Origin: Octopus sinensis
Taxonomy: Eukaryota
Direction of reading: 5' to 3'
Assembly (NCBI RefSeq): GCF_006345805.1
Contig: NC_043000.1
Location: 124,806,001-124,870,000, forward strand
DNA: 64,000 bases
The stretch's first letter is position 1. Each line of letters opens with the position of its first letter. The notes under the pieces are model-generated. The model was not told the origin of the DNA, did no database searches, and was given only the letters and a program-made list of their open reading frames with translations. The position numbers and the translations under genes were made by a program. Of the stretch, positions 37,066 through 51,054 are shown in pieces.

Positions 37066-38594
37066 TATATATATATATATATATGTACATACACACATAT
37101 ATATATAAATGTATAAAGTGTGTGTGTGTGTGTGTGTGAGATAGGAATGTATGTATACATAAAAACATGTGTGTGTGTGTGTGTAATATTATTGAGGTGT
37201 GAAGAGGACTTTATTTAATCCCCTTCTGATATATAAGAGCTTAACAACACTGTAGATTGAATACTTCTCCTGGGGTCCCCTTCACTACGGATTCAATTCT
37301 GTTGATCCATGTCATCCCATCATTACAACTACTTAAATCAAGAGATTCACCAATTCCATAATGGACACAGTAACTTTCACATTTTGCTTCAAGTGGTTCA
37401 AAATTTGTCCAAATTTGGTCTACAAGAACCAAAGTTCATTACTTGTAATGATAGCAGTGTTGTTTCTAGCATGCAACACAGTTAACAATTCTGGTGTTGA
37501 ACAGCTGTTTTATTTACTCCACACCACCTTCTTTATCAAATAAAATATGACCAAAGATGCCTGAAAATGATGCCTCATCAATGCAGAAGGACTCAATAGC
37601 TTGTTAACCCAGGCTGCAGAGTCCTTCTACTATAACCCAAGGAATAGTACAATAACTGAACAATAGTTAGGGAATAAATGACTCAAATCATTCTCTCTGT
37701 GGAATGAATGCTTTTAATTCCATTTTAATTGTTTGAGCCATTTATTTTGAAATTCCTTTGTAAGTAATTTGGTAATGCAGGGGTGTTTTTTAATTAATAT
37801 AACTGATCTTCTATAGCCAGAAAAGATATAATTGCCACTAAATTCAGTTTGGTCTGACACAAAAGTCTTTTGATTACTATTCAAAAGAAATCACTGTGAT
37901 AAACAGCAATCTGATGCACATTGCAGGAATATTTAGCAATCAAACCTGCATCACTATATCTGATGTGACAATACAATCCAAGAATATGGTTGCGATTCAC
38001 TAGAATATTACGAATGTCTTAAAAAATCTAACCAAACCAAGACTTCATGTGGAACTGAATCTAACAACAATTTCATCTTTGGTGCACTCTTTTGGAGTCA
38101 GACCACCACTATGCATTCTGTGCATTTTAGCCACTACCAATAAACAGCGCACTGGAGACATCAAACTGGACACAGAAGACAGAACAACAATTGACCAGAG
38201 CATTGTGACAACACAAAATCAATGGATGGACAGTGGCAACAACACTCAACGACCAGCTAACGTTTTGACAGGTACTGTTATCACACCTGTCCAAGAACAA
38301 TAATCTTTGAAGTATCTCAAGAACAGTCCAAGAACAATAATCTTTGAAGTTCATAGTAATGACAACATGTTTTGTTTACAGTAATTCTTTTATTTGTGTA
38401 AGTCATTTGACTGTGGCCATGCTGAAACACCAACTTTAGTCAAACAAATCGACCCCAGGACTTATTCTTTGTAAGCCTAGTACTTATTTTATTGCCATCT
38501 TTTGCCAAACCGCTAAGTTACAGGGATTTGAACACACAACCATCAGTTGTCAAGCAAACTTGGGGGGACAAACACAGACGCACAAACACACACA

Positions 38595-38647
<53 letters not shown>

Positions 38648-40935
38648 GACGGGCTTCTTTCAGTTTACCAAATCCACTCACAAGGCTTTGGTTGGCCCGA
38701 GGCTATAGTAGAAGACCCTTGCCCAAGGTGCCATGCAGCTACTTACCACACAGCCACTCATGCGCCTAGTCTAGTAAGAATAAATATTTTAAAACCAAAA
38801 TCTCAAACAGATTTCAGTATTCTTTATCATAAAATATCATTATAATGAGCAGCATGATCCAGATGCATATGGTCCAGAGATCTAACACATTGGGTCATAA
38901 ATAAAGCCTGAACTTTTGAGAAAATTTTTATCTGTGCACATTTAGGACACCTATGTTTAGAGTCTTTGAGATTGGGTGAATAACCAAACCACAATAATCC
39001 AAGCTTTAGGTGACACAGTATAGCAGTAATGACACAATGGACAGAATCACGAACATTTAATGATTTAGCTGTTGGCTATTTCAGTAATAAGATGAAAATT
39101 GCGAAGAATGGTTGTCCAGAATTAACCTGTGTTAGATTTGCTTCTTAAAGTTAATCTATTCCCATCAATGGCCTTCTTATAAGGTATCTCAGCATTGAAG
39201 TAGTTACTCTACTCTAGACGGTCTTTTCTATTCTAGAAGCAATTTTGCTGAGTGCCATCAGTAATCCAGTTTGTAAAGAGGTGAATAATTCCCAAAGAAT
39301 AATAACTTCAACAAATATTACATAACAAAGAAATAGCAGGGTTTAATATTGTGTATATCAACATAGTCCCTTTAACTGTTGCAAGGAGCACCCTGGGTCA
39401 GCTGTAGACTAATCAAAAGTCTTTAGATTTTGATTGTGATAAGTTGCTTGCTTACCAACCACATGGTTCTGGGTTCAGTCCCACTGCATGGCACCTTGGG
39501 CAAGTGTTTTCTATTATAGCCTCGGGCCAACCAAAGCCTTGTAAGTGCATTTGGTAGACGGAAACTGAAAGAAACCCGTCATACATATATATATGTATAT
39601 CATTATCATCATCGTTTGACGTCCACTTTCCATGCTAGCATATGTATGTGTGTGTGTATATATATATACATACACACGCACATATATATATATATAAAAA
39701 CATACATACATACATACATATACATACATATATATATACACATGCAACACATATATATATAATCAAAATCAAAATTCAAATCAAATCACAATCAAATGGA
39801 AATTATAGTTGTAGCTGATGCCAGTGCCACCCGACTGTCTCCTGTGCTGGTGGCATGGAATTAGCACCAAGCATACACGGGTCATTGCCAGTTTTACCTG
39901 ACTGGCTCTCATGCTGGTGGTATGTAAAAAGCACCATCCAAACATGGCCAATGACAGTGCTACCTGATTTGCTCTCGTGCTGGTGGCATGTATAAACCAT
40001 CCACTACACTCTCAGAGTGGTTGGCATTAGGAAGGGCATCAAACTGTAGAAACCTTACCGGATCAGATTGGAGTCTGGTGTGGCCTCCTGGCTTGCCAGT
40101 CTCCAGTAAAACCGTCCAACCCATGCCAGTCTTACGGCAGTTTTTGTTTTATTACCTTAAGCTTTTAGGTTATATTATTTTATTTGGCTTTCCTCTGAGT
40201 AAGGGAGAATATAATGATTCAACGTCATTTGTACTAAAGTGTTATCATTATACCTAAAACCCTAACTACAGTTATAACGTCATAGAGACATATACGCATG
40301 AAACACTATATGACATGTATGTATAATATTTTCTTTGTGTCCTTTTAAACCGCTATAAGAAACATAAATTAAAGATTACAGAAATGCATATTTATTTATG
40401 CTCAGTTGAAAAACAAATGTGAAGAGAAACATTTTCTTTTAATTAGTTTTTATTATATAAATATAACATTTTATATTATTTACAGTAGGAAAGAACTTTG
40501 TCGTGAAGAAGAACGACTATAAATTCATTAACTAATTTCTTCTTTTCTAACTAATAATTTAACCTACAAATCAAATTAGATTTGTGATTAACTCTAGACA
40601 TGGCATGAAAATTACTGATGTCTCAAAAGAGTGAGTGTCATGGAGTTAAGTGACTTCCAACAAACACTAAAGTCTTTCCCCAAATCCAGGGTTTTTATAA
40701 CTGCTCAACTTGACTAAAAAGAATCGAAATTCAGGACAAATATTCTTTACGAAACTTTTAGAATCTTTATATGAGCAGTTATATTAACCAATGGGAAAAA
40801 ACGAAAATGATAATTCTTCGGCAAAGACATTACGTCATATTGCCAATTTGCGCCACTTTTCAAAATGGCTAAAATGGTTATTGCTACACCAGCATGGAAA
40901 ACGGACGTTAAACGATGATGATGATGATGATGATG

Positions 40936-40972
<37 letters not shown>

Positions 40973-41358
40973 AAGAGAGAGAGAGAGTGGGAGAGAGAGA
41001 GAGTGAGAGAGAGAGAAATCAAAGAGAAATAAAGAGAGATGTATGTAGAAGAGTTTTAAACTAGTTTTTCATTTCTACTGTAATAGTATGTAACACCAAT
41101 ATATTCACAGTTTAATTCTCATAGCTTTAACCAACCATTATCTCATTTATTCTACTCGTATGTAGTCACATGATCCACAAGAACAACTTCTAGCCATGAA
41201 AGCTGCTAGAAAAAGCAGCCAAATCTTTCTAATATCACATTCAGCCATCTTCACTGAAAATAGACAGGATGGTATGGTTAGGATGCCTTTGATCATTGGT
41301 CTGCTCACTTGAAGCTAACCTGGGGTTAAACGACAACAGCAAATAAAAGACATGTATA

Positions 41359-41408
<50 letters not shown>

Positions 41409-41528
41409 GTATGTATATATGTATGTATATATATATGTATATAAATATATATGTATATGTATATATATATATGTATGTATATATATGTATATATATATAT
41501 ATATATATAGTGTGTTATATATATTATA

Positions 41529-41559
<31 letters not shown>

Positions 41560-42682
41560 AACACCATATTATTTTGAAGCAAAATAGCAGGCAATGCCTA
41601 GCGAGAGATTATCCTTGTTTTATCTGGTAAAAATCTATAAAATTGTACATCGAGGGTTAATCTGTTAGAATCAAGGAATAACAATGAATTACTAGACTCT
41701 ATAACCATTTCTATATTTCAGTTCTCTTCAAGCAAATGAAATTAGATTGACTACTGAATTGGTAATAATGCCAAATGTTACACTAACATTCACATCAGTG
41801 ATGTGTTTAAGGAAATTTATTTATTGACAAAATTACTTTCTGTTGGTTACTGATGTATCTAAACTGATTAAGTTTCTATAATTGTGAAGAATCTCATCTC
41901 ATTTTAGAGAATAAATATATCATTTCGTTAAGCTTGTCGGGATATCAGCATTGTCTCTGACATAACATTGATAATTTGTGACATACACTGAAGAATTTAT
42001 TAAAGTAGTCGAGGAATATAGTGAAATAAATTTACATTTTCTGGGTGCCACCCTATAAAGTAGTGAAATGGCTAAGTTATTAGTGTGTTGGCTAAATTAA
42101 TTTCTGATGGAATTTGGCTTGGCTCTTTGAGTTCAAATCCAAACACAGGTAAACATTTCTTTTCATCCTTTTTGGGATTGTTATATGAAATATCTATTTC
42201 TTTACTACCCACAAGGGGCTAAACACAGAGAGGACAAACAAGGACAGACAAACAGATTAAGTCGATTATATTGACCTCAGTGCGTAACTGGTACTTATTT
42301 AATCGACCCTGAAAGGATGAAAGGCAAAGTCGACCTTGGTGGAATTTGAACTCAGAACTAGCAGCAGACGAAATACCGCTGAACATTTCGCCTGGCGTGC
42401 TAATGTTTCTGCCAGCTCGCTGCCTTGGGATTGTTATATGAAATACCAGTGAAATACTGAGATCAGCTTTTCTTCCCCTTTTTTATTTTTCTCCCTACTT
42501 CCCTCTCTACCGCATTCTTTTCCTGTCTTTCTCCCTGTTTCTGTCTCTTTTATCCTACTTCTTTCTCCCACCTTTCTTTCTGTTCCTCTCTCTTTTTCTC
42601 CCTTTCCTTTCTCTCTCTTACTCCCCCATTTCTTTCTGTCACTCTCTCACAAGTGACTGTAGTTAACAAGATGGTGTCTTGA

Positions 42683-43270
42683 TAAAATGTGCGGGTGTGG
42701 CTGTGTGGTAAGAAGCTTCCTTCCCAACCACTTGCCTCTGGTTCAATCCCACTGAATGGCACCTTGGGAAAGTAGCTTCTATTATAGCCCCTGGCTGACC
42801 AAAGCCTTGTGAGTGGATTAGGTTGATGGAATCTGAAAAAGCTTGTTGTATATATATATATATATAAGAGATAATGGTGTCGTTGAGACCCAAAGGTGTC
42901 AGGTAATGCTGAATAAGTGCTATAGACAGACCATAGTTAAGTTCCAGATTCAGTAATTTTGTGAGTAAGGGGTTCAACGTTAGTTGTATGTCAGCCTGTG
43001 TATAAGAATTTTTTGTGTAATAAGATAAAAAACCAAAGCTGTGTAGATATTATATATATGTGTGTGTGTATATGTTTGTCCCCCCAACATCACTTGACAA
43101 CCGATGCTGGTGTATTTACATCCCCGTAATTTAGCGGTTCGACAAAAGAGACCGATAGAATAAGTACTAGGCTTACAAAGAATAAGTCCTGGGGTCAATT
43201 TGCTCGACCAAAGGTGGTGCTCCAGCATGGCCACAGTCAAATGACTGAAACAAGTAAAAGAGTAAAAGAG
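42683..43270 (+). mobile_element. S1 SINE with expanded internal region
   Basis: Head at 42683, tail GTAAAAGAGTAAAAGAG near 43270. Confidence 0.8.
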
Positions 43271-45640
43271 TATATGTACAGGAGTGGGTAGGGAAACGAA
43301 AGAAGGGCACTCAACACATTTATTGGGAGTTACATGTATAGATCAAAACAGTTTGATTCAGACTATATAGTACTCTGAGTTTCAAGTGTGTGGCTAGTCT
43401 TCAGCCATTGTGTGTATGTGTTTTTGTGCCTGTTTGTCCCTCCCTCCCACTACCGCTTGACAACCAGTGTTAGTGTGTTTACATCCCTGTAGCTTAGTGG
43501 TTTGGCAAAAGTGACCAATAGAATAAGTACCAGGCTTCAGCAAAATATGCTGGGGTCGTATTCATTTAACTATAAATTCTTCAAGGTGGTGTCCAAAAAT
43601 GGCTGCAGTCTAATGACTGAAACAAGTAAAAGATAAAAAATATAATAATCTTTATATTCTTCTACAAGTAAAAGATAAAAAAAAATAAATAATCTTTGTA
43701 TTCTTCTACAAGTAAAAGATTAAAAAAATAATAATCTTTATATTCTTCTACAAAAACTCCATGACAAACGTATGCTTGTCATGAAAATCATCTGAGGTCA
43801 TTCATTGATCAGATGAAGGAAAAAGAAGATGGAAAGTGTATCTCCTTATATTACAATTCACACATACATTTTAGTAAATCTTTTTACAATCATATACACA
43901 TGTATTTGAGGGAGAGGGCTACATAATCAACAATGGTTAGCCTATATTACTTCGTAAGGGATACAGGGCTACTTTTCTGGTTTTCTGGTGTATAAATTTA
44001 TAAATTCTTCCCCGGACAGGATGCTTATCTGCTGCAGAATTACTCATTTTACCAATTGGGTGAACTGGAGCAGCATGAAATGAAGTGTCTTGCTCAAGAA
44101 CACAACACACCACCTGGTTTGGGTATCTTATGATCATGAGTCCAATCCCCTAACCACTAAGCCATGTACCTCCATGCATAACCAACAATGCAATCCTAGA
44201 AAAAAGTCAACAGTCAAATCATAGAACCAACGTTGATGAAACACTGACTACAATGATTAATAAAAGAGGTTACAATGAAAGGAGAGTGATTTCCCCATGA
44301 AATACTCTTCCCAGTTGCTAAACCACTGGGAAAAGATGATGAGGATGTCATTTAGGTTGTTACAAAGACCAGCTAAAACCAACCCTCATAATGGTTGGGA
44401 AAGAGACAAAATGCAAGAAACTGAATCCTTCTGGTGTCACTTCATCACCACTAAAAGTGACCTTTTTTTTAAGTCAAAAGTAAACGAAGGAAGAAAAGTT
44501 GAAGAAAAGCGTCAGGAATGCAAGATGTAACCAGGGCAATGGCAACAGCAACAACAACTGCCCCTTTCCCCATCTCTCCCTTGCCATCTTTGTTCCTGCC
44601 TATTTCATGCAAGGATTAGCTTTCTCAGTCATCCACGCCATCAACATGAAGAACAACTCAATCATGAGGAAATTGAAATTCTTGGACATGAGAAACAGCT
44701 GCTGCCAACACACATATCTCCCAATATATACCTCTTTGAATATGCTTACAATACACACATGCACATATTCATTATAACTGCTAAAGCAGGCATGAATCAT
44801 CATCATTATCATCATCATATCATCATCATTTAACGTCTGTTGTTCATGCTGGCATGGGTTGGACTGTTTGACTGGGCTGGTACACTGGAAGGCTGTGCCA
44901 GTCTCCAGTCTCATTTGGCATGGTTTTCCTATGGCTGGATGCCCTTCCTAACGTCAACCACTCTGAGAGTGTAATGGGTGCTTTTATGTGACACTGGCAC
45001 GGGTGCCATTTGCGTGACACTGGTATCTGCCAGGACTGCAATATTGCTCAGCTTGATGAGTCTTCTTCTCAAGCATGACATAATGCCAAAGGTCTTGGTC
45101 ATTGTCTCATGAGGCTCAACACTCGAAAGGAACTCATATATGCATAAATAAAAATACACCAAAAAAGAAATGTATAGAAATTAGTTGTTCCTGTATGGTA
45201 GAATCTTTAGAGCATTGGACAAACACTTGTGATATTTAGTTATGTGCAGGTCTTTGCATTCTGAGTTCAAATCTGGCCAATGTCATCTTTGCAACTTTGC
45301 CTTTCCTCCTGGGTTTGATGAAATAAAGTACCAGTCACATATTGGGATCAATTTACTTTTCAATTACATTTCTCAAAACACTGAGCCTTATGAAGGAAAT
45401 GACTAAGGACCAGGATATGTAGTGCATTGCTGTATTCAAGAAGACCTGCTCACCACAACTGAACTGATAGTTTAAAAGCAAGGTGTCATGTAAAAGAAGC
45501 ATTGGTGTGGATGCTGGTGTTATGTAAAAAGCACCCGGTACACTCTATAAAGTGGGTGGTGATAGGAAGAGCATCCAGCTGTAGAAATTAAGCCAAAACA
45601 GGCAATGAAACAAAAATTTTAGTCAAACACAGACACACAA

Positions 45641-45678
<38 letters not shown>

Positions 45679-45944
45679 ACATATATACATTAACAGAGAC
45701 ACACATACAGGCTTCCCAGAGGCAAAGTGGCTGAGTTCCTGTCCAGCATTGGGTCTCACAGAGGCAAAGCGGTTGAGTTCCTTTCAAGTGTTGGACCTCA
45801 CAGAGGCAATGATCAAGACCTTCGGCATTATGTCATGCTTGAGAAGACCCATCAAGCCAAGCAAAATCACAGTCGTAGTAGATACTGGTGTCACGAAAAT
45901 GGCACCTGTGCCAGTGGCATGTAAGAGCACTCATTGCACTCTCA

Positions 45945-46865
45945 TCTTGGTGGAATTTGAACTCAGAATCTAAAGACAGATGAAATACTGCTAAGCATTT
46001 CTCCTGGCATGCTAATGTTTCTGCCAGCTCATTGCCTTTGATAAATATTATAATAATCTTTTCTACTCTACGCACAAGGCCCAGAATTTTTTGAGAGGGG
46101 GGGGGGCACTTGATTAGATCAACCCCAGTATGCAACTGGTACTTAATTTATCGACCCCAAAAGGATGAAAGGTAAAGTTGACCTCGGCAGAATTTGAACT
46201 CAGAACATAAACACAGATGATATACCACTAAACATTTTACCCGACATGCTAACATTTCTGCCTGCTTGCCACCTTTAATAAATATTATAATAATCTTTTC
46301 TACTCTAGCCTCCAGGCCCAGAAGTTTTGGGGAGAGGGCCAGTTGATTAGATCGACCCCAGGATACAACTGGTACTTAGTTTATCAGGATGAAATTTAAA
46401 GTCGACCTAGGCAAAATTTGAACTCAGAACATAGAGACAGACGAAATACCTATTTCTTTACTACCCACAAGGGGCTAAACACAGAGAGGACAAACAAGGA
46501 CAGACAAACGGATTAAGTTGATTATATCGACCCCAGTGCATAACTGGTACTTATTTAATCAGCCCTGAAAGGATGAAAGGCAAAGTCGACCTTGGCAGAA
46601 TTTGAACTCAGAAGGTAGCGGCAGACGAAATACCTATTTCTTTACTACCCACAAGGGCTAAACACAGACAGGACAAACAAGGACAGATAAACGGATTAAG
46701 TTGATTATATCGACCCCAGTGCATAACTGGTACTTATTTAATCAACCCTGAAAGGATGAAAGGCAAAGTCGACCTTGGCAGAATTTGAACTCAGAACGTA
46801 GCGGCAGACGAAATACCGCTAAGCACTTCGCCTGGTGTGCCAATGCTTCTGCCAGCTCTCCGCTC
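45945..46865 (-). mobile_element. S2 SINE cluster including head plus two 184-bp units joined to an S2 variant
   Basis: Junctions GACGAAATACCTATTTC at 46449 and 46633. Confidence 0.85.
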
Positions 46866-47713
46866 TATATGAAATATCAATAATGAATGAATGGTGTCAG
46901 CCAGAGAGGAATGAGTTAAATACAATCTGTTATGATTTACAAAATTAACGAAGAATAATGACTAATTGTGAACGATTTGAGAAAGTGGCTGAGCTTCAGT
47001 ATCATCAGTTGACACATGTAAGAATGATAACTTAGTCAATATAGACATAACCTGAAGATAGTTGATTACATGATGCATAAGTTATGTCATGAACTTGCAA
47101 TGAAAGGTTTCTGTAAGACAAGTAGAATACAGAAAAATTAATAAGTGGTTATTTCAGAATCTAATACTGGATATTAGAGATGAGATGACAGCATTAACCT
47201 AAGTTGTATTGTAGACATGAGTCGGACTTCATTTTCATCATCATCACGGTGGTGAGCTGGTAGAAACGTTAGCATGTCGAGTGGAATGCTTAGCTGTATT
47301 TCGTCTGTCTTTACGTTCTGAGTTCAAATTCCACCGAGGTTAACTTTGCCTTTCATCCTTTCGAGGTTGATAAATTAAGTACCAGTTGCATACTGGTGTT
47401 GATCTAATCGACTGGCCTCCTCCCCCCCAAAATTTTGGCCCTTGTGCCTAGAAAAGGAAAGATTCTCATCGTCATCGCCATTGTTTTAATGTCCATTCCA
47501 ATTTCCATGCATGCATGAGTCAGATGGAATTTATTGAGATAGATTTTCTATAGCTGGATGCCTTTCCTGTTACCAACACTTAGCTGTTTCCAGGCAAGGT
47601 AATATTTCTCCCCAACCAGGGATGCTTTTTCAGACTTTTGAAAATGAAGGACATTCATTTATAGCAATCACATGATGTCAGGACTACACACCTCACACAC
47701 ACCACACACACAC

Positions 47714-47787
<74 letters not shown>

Positions 47788-47794
47788 AATAAAG

Positions 47795-48130
47795 TGCATG
47801 TTTCAGTGTTTAGAGCGTTAGTTTCACAATCATTAGGTAGTGAGTTCAGTTCTTGAACTGGGCTGTGTGGTTGTGTTCTTGGGCAAGACACTTTATTTCA
47901 CATTGCTCCAGTTCACTCAGCCGTAGAAATGAGTTGGGACATCACTGGTGCCAAGCTGTAATATTCTTTGCCTTGCCCTTGGATAACATCAGTGGTGTGG
48001 AGAGGGGAAGCTGGTATTCATGGGTTACTGCTGGCCTTCCATAAGCAACCTTGCCCAGACTTGTACCTCAGAGGGTAACTTTCTTGGTGCAATCCCATGG
48101 TCATTCATGACCGAAGGATGTCTTTACTTA
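47795..48130 (+). mobile_element. S4 CORE-like SINE
   Basis: Homologous to 29785-30129. Confidence 0.8.
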
Positions 48131-49610
48131 CTTTTATATACACGCGCACACACAATGGGTTTCTTTCAGTTTCAATCTACAAGATCCACTCATGAGGTTT
48201 TGATAGGCCCGGACTTAAAACCATGTGGTTGGGAAGCAAACTTCTTAAACGCACAACCATATCTGAGGAACAATCAATACATAAACGAGTATTAATTATA
48301 AGTCATCATCATCATCATCATCATTGTTTAAAGTCCACTTTCCATGCTAGCATGGGTTGGACGATTTCACTGAGGACTGGTGAACCAGATGGCTGCACCA
48401 GGCTCCAATCTGATCTGGCAGAGTTTCTATAGCTGGATGCTCTTCCTAATGCCAACCACTCCGAGAGTGTAATGGGTGCATTTCCCTTAACTTCTGTTTA
48501 AAGACTGGAGAAACCACAATCTAAAAGCCACTTACTTTTTTGGGGTACTATTTGCAGCCTGTTCTCTATTTGACTACTAATCCATAATCTGCCATAATAA
48601 TTTGTCACTCTAATAATAGTATACTGGTCAAGAAAGATAATTAATAACTTATAGATTGTATGCAAATGCAAAAAAAAAAAAAAATACAATTATGCTTTTA
48701 ATTAATTTCTATAGTACATTTTATTTTATATGATAAATATTTTAGCATGTGACCTCCCATGATCTTGATTAAATGAATTACAATCTTTTGATGTAAAAAA
48801 AAGAGGTTTCTGGAGGTTTCTAACCTCTGCTTAATCAATTGGAGAAATTCTTTGAAGAAAATTCCTCTGCAATTTTATGAAAGTTCATAGGTAGTCTACA
48901 TTGCCCTGGGACAAACATCCATCTCACAGAATTTTAAAGACTATTTCGTGTTTATTCTTAGATCAAACTCTGACCTTTCCTTTGTAGAAACGTGAATACA
49001 TTTAATGGAATTTAATGGAAATCAACATTGTTCTTTTACTAAACACACACACACACACACACACATGTATGTATGTATGTATATGTTTATATATTCACAT
49101 ATCCATCTATGTATCTTAACACTTAATGCATACGTGCTGTTGATAGGCCTGTTACAGCAGTATTTGTCCTGAGACAATGTCACTTATTGATGTGCTGTGT
49201 TAAAAACGCTAAATATCTGAAGGAGACAAAAATTCATTCAAGCAGTGACCAGCAAGAACATCAGATGCATTTTAGCTTTTCAGGGCTTTTTCAATGATGC
49301 AATACTCTCATATCTGTAAGAGATGTTATCTCAGGATAAATACTGCAGTAAGTAGCCTATCGACTGTGTGTATAGATTAAGTATGGTACATAGTTGGCTA
49401 TTTTAATTAAATACTGTTTCATTTGTGTATATCAGATAGATATATATATACACTAGGTGCATGAGTGGCTGTGTGGTAAGAAGCTTGCTTCCCAACTACA
49501 TGGTTCAAGGTTCAGTTCCACTGTATGGCAACTTGGTCAAGTGTCTGCTACTAAAGCCTTGGGCCAACCAAAACCTTGTGAGGGAATTTGGTAACTGAAA
49601 GAAGCCTGTT

Positions 49611-49751
<141 letters not shown>

Positions 49752-50088
49752 CAGCCTTGGGATCAGATTTAAAAGCTTTTGGGTTGTTATTTCAAGCATG
49801 TAAAGCTTGGCTGATGTATGCCGTCTTGGTTGGCATTTGTCAGATGATGTCAGAGATCAAGGGGGAAAATAATGAAATTTGCTTCATCAATTTTACATCA
49901 AAATAAGAACTTTGGGACAAATTGGCCAACAGCTGGAATTGAACTTGGACTGGAACAAGAGAAGGACTGCATTATAGAATTAATAGTCATTACAGATGTA
50001 TCACAGTCATGCTATTTAGCTCTCTTTAGTTTTGGGACACAGGCTGAATTAGCCCTCTGCAGGAGCTATTTTAAAAGTCTGCATGGAG

Positions 50089-50650
50089 TGTGGTTGTCCA
50101 GAAAGTTTGTGACGATTAATAGTAGCTTATATTTCGACTTATTTTAGAACATGGATGAGTCCATAAAATAGGATTTGACTACACCTCCATTTAGAGCACA
50201 GTTTACGCTATCTTTTCGTGGAAGAAGGTTTATGTTCCTATTACCTGTGTTAATTCTGTAACCCTTTAAAATGGAAGATAAGAAAGTTCATTTTCATCAC
50301 TTGATGCTTTGGGAACCAGACAAAAATTGCTTCAGCTCAGCTGGTATGTGTTACCCCACTATATTCACTTGATATTTCTCCTTTGGATTTCCACTTATTC
50401 AGGTCTCTGCAGAATAGTCTTAATGGTAAAAATTTCAATTCCTTGGATGACGTAAAAAGATACCTTGATGAATTCTTTGCTGTGAAACCACCTCAATTCT
50501 GGGAAGAGGGTATTTTCAAGTTAAAGGAAAGATGGAGATGCATTGTGCAACAAAATGGTTCATATTTGGTTGATTAAAAATGTAATGGCAAGTATTTATT
50601 GACCTTTTTCTTTCCTTTAAAAATCGGCACAAACTTTCCAGACAACCCAA
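50089..50650 (+). mobile_element. internally deleted mariner (DD34D-type) transposon
   Basis: TIRs (T)GGTTGTCCAGAAAG..CTTTCCAGACAACCCAA+TA. Transposase start MEDKKVHF is fused to the C-terminus ..DFHLFRSLQNSLNGKNF..FWEEGIFKLKERW (relic of the YSPDLAPSDYHLF motif). Confidence 0.9.
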
Positions 50651-51054
50651 TAGTATAAAAGTGTACTTTGGTCATATTCTCCATTTAACCGGAAGATCTT
50701 AGTGCACAGAGGAGTAATATAGCAATATAGAATTGTTATTAATGTATAAGATTATAAAGTCTGTAGATGAGATATTGTCATATCAAAGTAGATATGTGGT
50801 TTTTGTAAAATATAAAACTTATTGATTTTAATAGTTTTCACACTGATAAGGCAACCAACTGAGAGAATCATTAAGTATTTTGGACAAAATACTTAGAGGC
50901 ATTTTTTCTGGCTAATTATGTTTTGTGCTCAAATACCACTAAGGTCAACTTTGTCATTCACCCTTTCAGAGTCGATAAAATAAAGTACCAAGGAAGAACT
51001 GGGGTCAATGTAATCAACTCTGTCTGCCACATATGCTAATCTTGCACTAAAATA

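Noticed and set aside
43757-43782. CATGACAA/TTGTCATG hairpin as a ribozyme stem
   Set aside because: No CUGANGA core upstream and no stem I.
44531-44880. Long stop-free + frame without a start codon
   Set aside because: No splice or homology support that I can recognise; it runs into an S3 tail and may be chance or a decayed LINE.
50383-50577. Functional transposase gene
   Set aside because: Only the C-terminal ~65 aa remain; the DNA-binding and most of the catalytic region are deleted.
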